From positions 1-64,000 of the forward strand of contig CBDBFU010000010.1 in assembly GCA_965205025.1 (NCBI GenBank): a DNA stretch of 64,000 bases, given 5' to 3'. The notes under the pieces were generated by a model. It was not told the DNA's origin. It did no database searches and saw only the letters and a list, made by a program, of their open reading frames with translations. Position 1 is the stretch's first letter; the number at the start of each line of letters is the position of its first letter. Source of the DNA: Candidatus Poribacteria bacterium (lineage in GTDB: Bacteria; Poribacteria; WGA-4E; WGA-3G). The translations under genes and the position numbers were made by a program. Shown piece after piece: positions 59,441 to 64,000 of this stretch.

Positions 59441-60424
59441 TCAGTTGTTCTGTATAGAAGGGGTTGTCTGGTCATCCGCCGTTTCTGCATCCGTTTCTAC
59501 GGAAGTGTCAACCGGCAATTGAGTCGTGTAGGCGACGGGGCGTACGGTTTTCCCAAAATCGTTTGCTATCTGCACTAAATCTAATATGTTTATCTGACCA
59601 TCGGCATTGACATCCGCACTGCGATTCGCTTGAGTGATCGGTTGTCCGAAAGCGGCAGCAACGCGCGTCAAATCCAAAATATTAACAACACCATCCGCAT
59701 TGACATCACTGGCAAGCTTCTTGAATGTTGCCACATTATTCACAAGCGTTGCTTGTAAATCCTCATCATTCGCACCAAATAGGTTTATCCCGACTAAATG
59801 GACGACCATCGGCACATCGGGATTGAGCACATCAAACGACAAAGATGCGAGCGTGCCAGTGCCATTTACAGTAAGCTGTGTGCCATCTGCAGCAAGCGGT
59901 GCGACACTGACAACACTTACGGCTTGATACTTTAGATCAGAAACGCCAACATCGGTGTCTATGTCTGGCAATTGTTCAATAACCTCAACATCATTGCTTC
60001 CCTCTGGCAACGGTTCACTCTCTGTGGGATCCGGCACCTTAAAAAAGAATTCTGATAATGAAAGTGTCTGTGCGTCTTCACCTACTCCAAAAAGGACAGA
60101 CTGCCCTGAGGTTGTCCTTCCGTCAATGCTGAGTTGAAGTTCGTAGGTATCATTAGCACCCAACGCAGGGCGGATAAAGATACCACCGGTAGGTAGGTAA
60201 TCTCCCTGTGTTGTGTCAATATATTTCAAAACAACTGGATCATAGACCAGAAACAGACTATAGCCAGCGACACCTTGTCCATCTGCCAAGTGAATATCAA
60301 CTTTTATTCTGGGTAAAGCCACATCGGTATTCTGTTTCAGGGATACCACCATTTCAGCATAACTTAATGATGTCAAGACCAATAACAAAATGACCGTAAA
60401 TAAGTTAAAAAATGTTTTTTTCAT
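59441..60424 (-). CDS. Secreted cohesin-like + dockerin-like domain protein
   Basis: Signal peptide; AGYSLFLVYDPVVLKY..GDYL and GTLASLSF (cohesin-like); twin DVNADG.VNILDL EF-hand-like repeats (dockerin-like). Confidence 0.85.
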   Translation of the reverse strand: MKKTFFNLFTVILLLVLTSLSYAEMVVSLKQNTDVALPRIKVDIHLADGQGVAGYSLFLVYDPVVLKYIDTTQGDYLPTGGIFIRPALGANDTYELQLSIDGRTTSGQSVLFGVGEDAQTLSLSEFFFKVPDPTESEPLPEGSNDVEVIEQLPDIDTDVGVSDLKYQAVSVVSVAPLAADGTQLTVNGTGTLASLSFDVLNPDVPMVVHLVGINLFGANDEDLQATLVNNVATFKKLASDVNADGVVNILDLTRVAAAFGQPITQANRSADVNADGQINILDLVQIANDFGKTVRPVAYTTQLPVDTSVETDAETADDQTTPSIQNN

Positions 60425-60492
60425 GTATATGTGCTCCTTTGTAAATTATGAGTGAACTTTAAATAGGAATTAGAGGTATTATACCTCAGATT

Positions 60493-63400
60493 TTATCTTA
60501 AATTGACGCCTATAGTTCTTGTTTTGAAGTTTCCCCACTGTGTTATCATTTTCCCTTTGGCAGAAATGAAACCTCGTAAGCGCGTTGTGGTGAGGACTTG
60601 ATGTTCCCCTGCATGCGATACATCTTCTATGCGATAATAGTAGACAGTATTTGGTTTAGCAGTTGTATCTGTCCATGCGTATGTGCTTCGTTCACCTGTA
60701 GTGCCAGCCCCTTGTATCAGTTTAACGTTGATCTTCTGAAACTCACCTGTCTTTGTGCGGCTCCGATGTATATTAAAACCGGCATTGTTCAGTTCTGATT
60801 CAGTAGTCCAGTTGATGACAACACCGTCAGGCGTATGCTCCGCTTTGAAACTCGACAACGTCACAGGGAGCGGCGTACCCTTGCGATACCCAGGATTACC
60901 CACATCCGTGGCATCTCCGTAATAGGTGATGATTTTCGGTGGAACGTCTGCTGTAGACACCCACGCTGTGACATGCCTGCCATCTAATGGTAGCCGTTTT
61001 TTGTATAACCGTCGGATAGATGCGCGGGCACCATCGCTTGTTTCACCGGGTGGTAGCGTCCATGCAGGTGTGTCTTTGGTGTGCGGGTAGCCATCTAAGT
61101 TGCCGACAGTATCCACGACGTTGCCGGTAGCATCTGTGAGTTGGATCAGAAACCCGTCACTGCTGAGCAGGCGGAACCGATTTGGCATGGGTGAAAAAGC
61201 CTTCGGGTGCCGCTGAAACAGGTTGTAGGTGCGGTTGTCAGGTAAATGCTTTGAATGTACACCGCGTGCAGTTATGAGCAGCGCTGTCTGGTTCGGGAGC
61301 ACATCAAACGCTTCAAGAGTCATAACAATCTGCTGATGTTTGCCCTCTTGCAACGTTTCAACAATGAGTTGATAACCTAATAGTTTAACCGAATCGGTAA
61401 AGGATGGATTATAGAGTTCAATCCACTGAGGCAAGGTTCGGGATCGGGTATTTGTCTCAAACATTATCTCACTGATACTCAAGGCAACCGTTGGACTTGT
61501 ACCGGGTACGATCTGATGCAAAAATAACGGTGTAGCAATATCTGTCGGGTGTCCATAATATACGTTTATGCCGATGGCAACCGATACGGCAGACATCCAT
61601 CCCGAAGCCTTTGTGCCTTTTAGTACATCACCATCAAAACGACGTAGCAGCGAAAAACGGTGTCCCTGTGGTGTCATACTGTCGGGTAGCGTCCATGTCG
61701 GCAGATCATTTTTTGTGTCTTTATCACCATCAAGGTTGCCGACACGGTCAACGACGCGTCCAGTAGGGTGTATCAGTTTTAGAGAAAAACCCTCTGTGCC
61801 GAAGATAGTGTTTTTGAGGTGTCGTCTGAACACATCTCGGTGTGCCTCAGAGAGATCATAAACCCGGTCGGTTGGCAGTGCATCTGAGCTTTCACCCGGT
61901 CCTGTCACCAAAATCCCCATCTGTTTCGGCGGCAGCACAAGGGTCTTGAGCGTCAGGGTAGCATATCGTTGTGTTCCGTCTGTCAGGGTTTCGACACCTA
62001 ACTGCCAACCTTTCAAATCAACGGGTGTTTGAGAAGCGTTATAGAGTTCAATCCATTGCGGAAGCGTATCGTCCTTCGTTTCGAACATAAGTTCTGTGAT
62101 CCGAACCTCATCGGGTAAGGTCGGGTTGAATATAACCGCTGCTGCATTCGCGTTAGGAGCGAATAAGGCATTTTGTCCATCTTCAGGTGCGTTGGGAGCA
62201 GATCCGATACCCGGTGGTGATTGGTTCACTGTCCATGCAGCTGCGAGGTATCCATGTTCTCTGGTTTCTTTGCGCTGCCAATTGCCTACCTCGCTCAGCA
62301 GTGCTGCAGGCGCACTTGGACGACGCGTATTCGCAAGGGGCCAGACCTCCGTGCTATTATTGTTATCAACAGCACTTCGGAAATAATTGCCTGCGACATC
62401 TTCAATCGACTCTGGAGTGCCGTTTCTACTGCGCGCATGCCGTAAGATCAATAAATACGGTGTACTCGGCAGCTTCAAATCAGAAGCAACAAGATACGGA
62501 TGATGTGCACCCTGCTTCCGCTTTGCACCCTGGGTGATGTTCAGTCCATCAATCATCACCGTCTCATCTGGATCGGTATTGGTAATCAGCAGCACACCAC
62601 CCACCGACAATGTGTAGTCAGGGAACGATGCAATGTCCACATCTTGATCCGCATACTCACCCGTGCTCGCGACGATGCTAATTTCCCAATCCTTAAGCCG
62701 GACATCCGTGCCACATACATTCTTGAGTTCTATATAGTCGTTTGTGTTATCAGAGGCGTTGCGTATCTTGTTGAAAATAACACGATACACCAACGGCAGT
62801 GTGGCAGATGTGAAAGGGTCATAATAGGAGTCATACTGCGATTGGATTTCTGTCCATGCAGTGGCAAGATACCCGCGTTCGCGTATGTCTTTGCGCTGCC
62901 AAACACCTACCCAGTTCAACTCGGCTACAGGCACACTTGGACGATGTGTATCGGCAAGAGGCCAGACCCCCATATTGTTGTCAACAGTGTTTCGGAAATA
63001 ACTACCCGCAACATCTTCAATCGACTCTGGGGTGCCGTTCTTCTCAAGCGCATGCCGTAAGATCAGCAGAAAAGGTGTGTCCGGTAATTTCAAGTCAGGC
63101 GCAACAAAATACGGATACCGCGCGTCTGTCTCCTGCTCACTTGCAGCAATATCCAACCCACTCGCAAGCCATGTCTCGCTTGGATCGGTGCTGGTAATTA
63201 ACAACAGGCCTTGTGTAGGCAATATATAATCCGGGAAAGATACAATGTCCACATCTTGATCCGCATACTCCCCCTCGCTTGCGACGATGCTGATTTCCCA
63301 ATCTCTGAGTCTAACATCCGTATCACATACATTCTTGAGTTCTATATAGTCGTATGTGTCATCAGAGGCATTGCGTATTTTGTTGAAAACAACACGGGAC

Positions 63401-63999
63401 ACCACCGGCAACACGGGTGAGGAATCACGTAGGTAACCGGGTGTGCCAAGACACATCGACGCTGGGGCATGCCGATCATAACCGAGATGTGCATGATAAC
63501 CGCTCGGTATCCACGCAGCAGCAAGATACCCCGGCTGTTCTAAATGCTGACGCTGCCACGCACCAAATTCTGCTAACGGGGCAGTTGCTTCTGTCGGATT
63601 AGGCTTGTAGGAATGCGGATAAACTTCGGTGGTGTCGTACAATACTGGCCAAAGATAATTACCAACAGCATCTTCAATCGTTCTCACGAAGTCTCCATCT
63701 TTCTCCTGCACATGTCGTAAAATCAGTAAATACGGTGTGCTTGGCAGCTTCAAGTCAGAAGCAACAAAATAGAGATGCTGCGCACCTTTCTGCTTTGCAC
63801 CTATAGCAATATTTAGTCCGCCAGCAACCACCGTTTGACTCGGATCGGTGTTGGTAATCAGCAACACACCACCCATCGACAATGTATAATCGGGGAACGA
63901 TATTATGTTCGCATCTTGATTCGTATACTTACCCTCGCTTGTGACGATGCTGATTTCCCAATCTCTGAGCCGGACACCCTCGCCACAGACATTCTTAAG
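60493..63999 (-). CDS. Large secreted multi-lamin-tail-domain (LTD-like) repeat protein, 5'-partial
   Basis: Repeated ISEIMF...QWIELYN and FNKIRN...DYIELKN modules; LPVTLSSF domain; KMITQWGNFK tail; frame stays open to the window edge. Confidence 0.85.
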   Translation of the reverse strand, partial: LKNVCGEGVRLRDWEISIVTSEGKYTNQDANIISFPDYTLSMGGVLLITNTDPSQTVVAGGLNIAIGAKQKGAQHLYFVASDLKLPSTPYLLILRHVQEKDGDFVRTIEDAVGNYLWPVLYDTTEVYPHSYKPNPTEATAPLAEFGAWQRQHLEQPGYLAAAWIPSGYHAHLGYDRHAPASMCLGTPGYLRDSSPVLPVVSRVVFNKIRNASDDTYDYIELKNVCDTDVRLRDWEISIVASEGEYADQDVDIVSFPDYILPTQGLLLITSTDPSETWLASGLDIAASEQETDARYPYFVAPDLKLPDTPFLLILRHALEKNGTPESIEDVAGSYFRNTVDNNMGVWPLADTHRPSVPVAELNWVGVWQRKDIRERGYLATAWTEIQSQYDSYYDPFTSATLPLVYRVIFNKIRNASDNTNDYIELKNVCGTDVRLKDWEISIVASTGEYADQDVDIASFPDYTLSVGGVLLITNTDPDETVMIDGLNITQGAKRKQGAHHPYLVASDLKLPSTPYLLILRHARSRNGTPESIEDVAGNYFRSAVDNNNSTEVWPLANTRRPSAPAALLSEVGNWQRKETREHGYLAAAWTVNQSPPGIGSAPNAPEDGQNALFAPNANAAAVIFNPTLPDEVRITELMFETKDDTLPQWIELYNASQTPVDLKGWQLGVETLTDGTQRYATLTLKTLVLPPKQMGILVTGPGESSDALPTDRVYDLSEAHRDVFRRHLKNTIFGTEGFSLKLIHPTGRVVDRVGNLDGDKDTKNDLPTWTLPDSMTPQGHRFSLLRRFDGDVLKGTKASGWMSAVSVAIGINVYYGHPTDIATPLFLHQIVPGTSPTVALSISEIMFETNTRSRTLPQWIELYNPSFTDSVKLLGYQLIVETLQEGKHQQIVMTLEAFDVLPNQTALLITARGVHSKHLPDNRTYNLFQRHPKAFSPMPNRFRLLSSDGFLIQLTDATGNVVDTVGNLDGYPHTKDTPAWTLPPGETSDGARASIRRLYKKRLPLDGRHVTAWVSTADVPPKIITYYGDATDVGNPGYRKGTPLPVTLSSFKAEHTPDGVVINWTTESELNNAGFNIHRSRTKTGEFQKINVKLIQGAGTTGERSTYAWTDTTAKPNTVYYYRIEDVSHAGEHQVLTTTRLRGFISAKGKMITQWGNFKTRTIGVNLR

Positions 64000-64000
64000 T

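Overview
A bacterial chromosomal window, probably Candidatus Poribacteria. This is an inference from the C-terminal 'P..KL.TTWG.IK'-type tails, the ECF sigma factor fused to a beta-propeller, the cohesin/dockerin and lamin-tail-like proteins, and the long TPR array. Housekeeping and metabolic genes include an IscU-like and IscA pair, sbcDC, queC, a NuoE-NuoF fusion, an ABC ATPase, a ThDP enzyme, two HAD hydrolases and tRNA-Asn(GTT). Accessory content includes: (1) a minus-strand defence island at 1.7-10.7 kb with a frameshifted fused R-M enzyme, an Mrr-like nuclease-STAND NTPase, a PIN-DUF433 fusion and a DUF5615 PIN; (2) a DUF2089 regulator followed by three paralogous membrane proteins and a secreted M16 peptidase; (3) several decayed toxin-antitoxin loci; (4) a NERD-helicase gene cleanly split by one of two IS630 copies; and (5) a cassette-like region at 53.3-58.2 kb bracketed by a duplicated ~205-bp promoter plus structured leader that contains a TnpB-C-terminus-like remnant and sits just upstream of a small HNH nuclease. 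The most striking non-coding feature is a set of nested miniature elements: at least six kinds of terminal-inverted-repeat shell, most with visible target-site duplications, carry interchangeable REP-like hairpins, and one family repeatedly inserts into hairpin loops. All family assignments come from motif recognition by eye; no database search was run.
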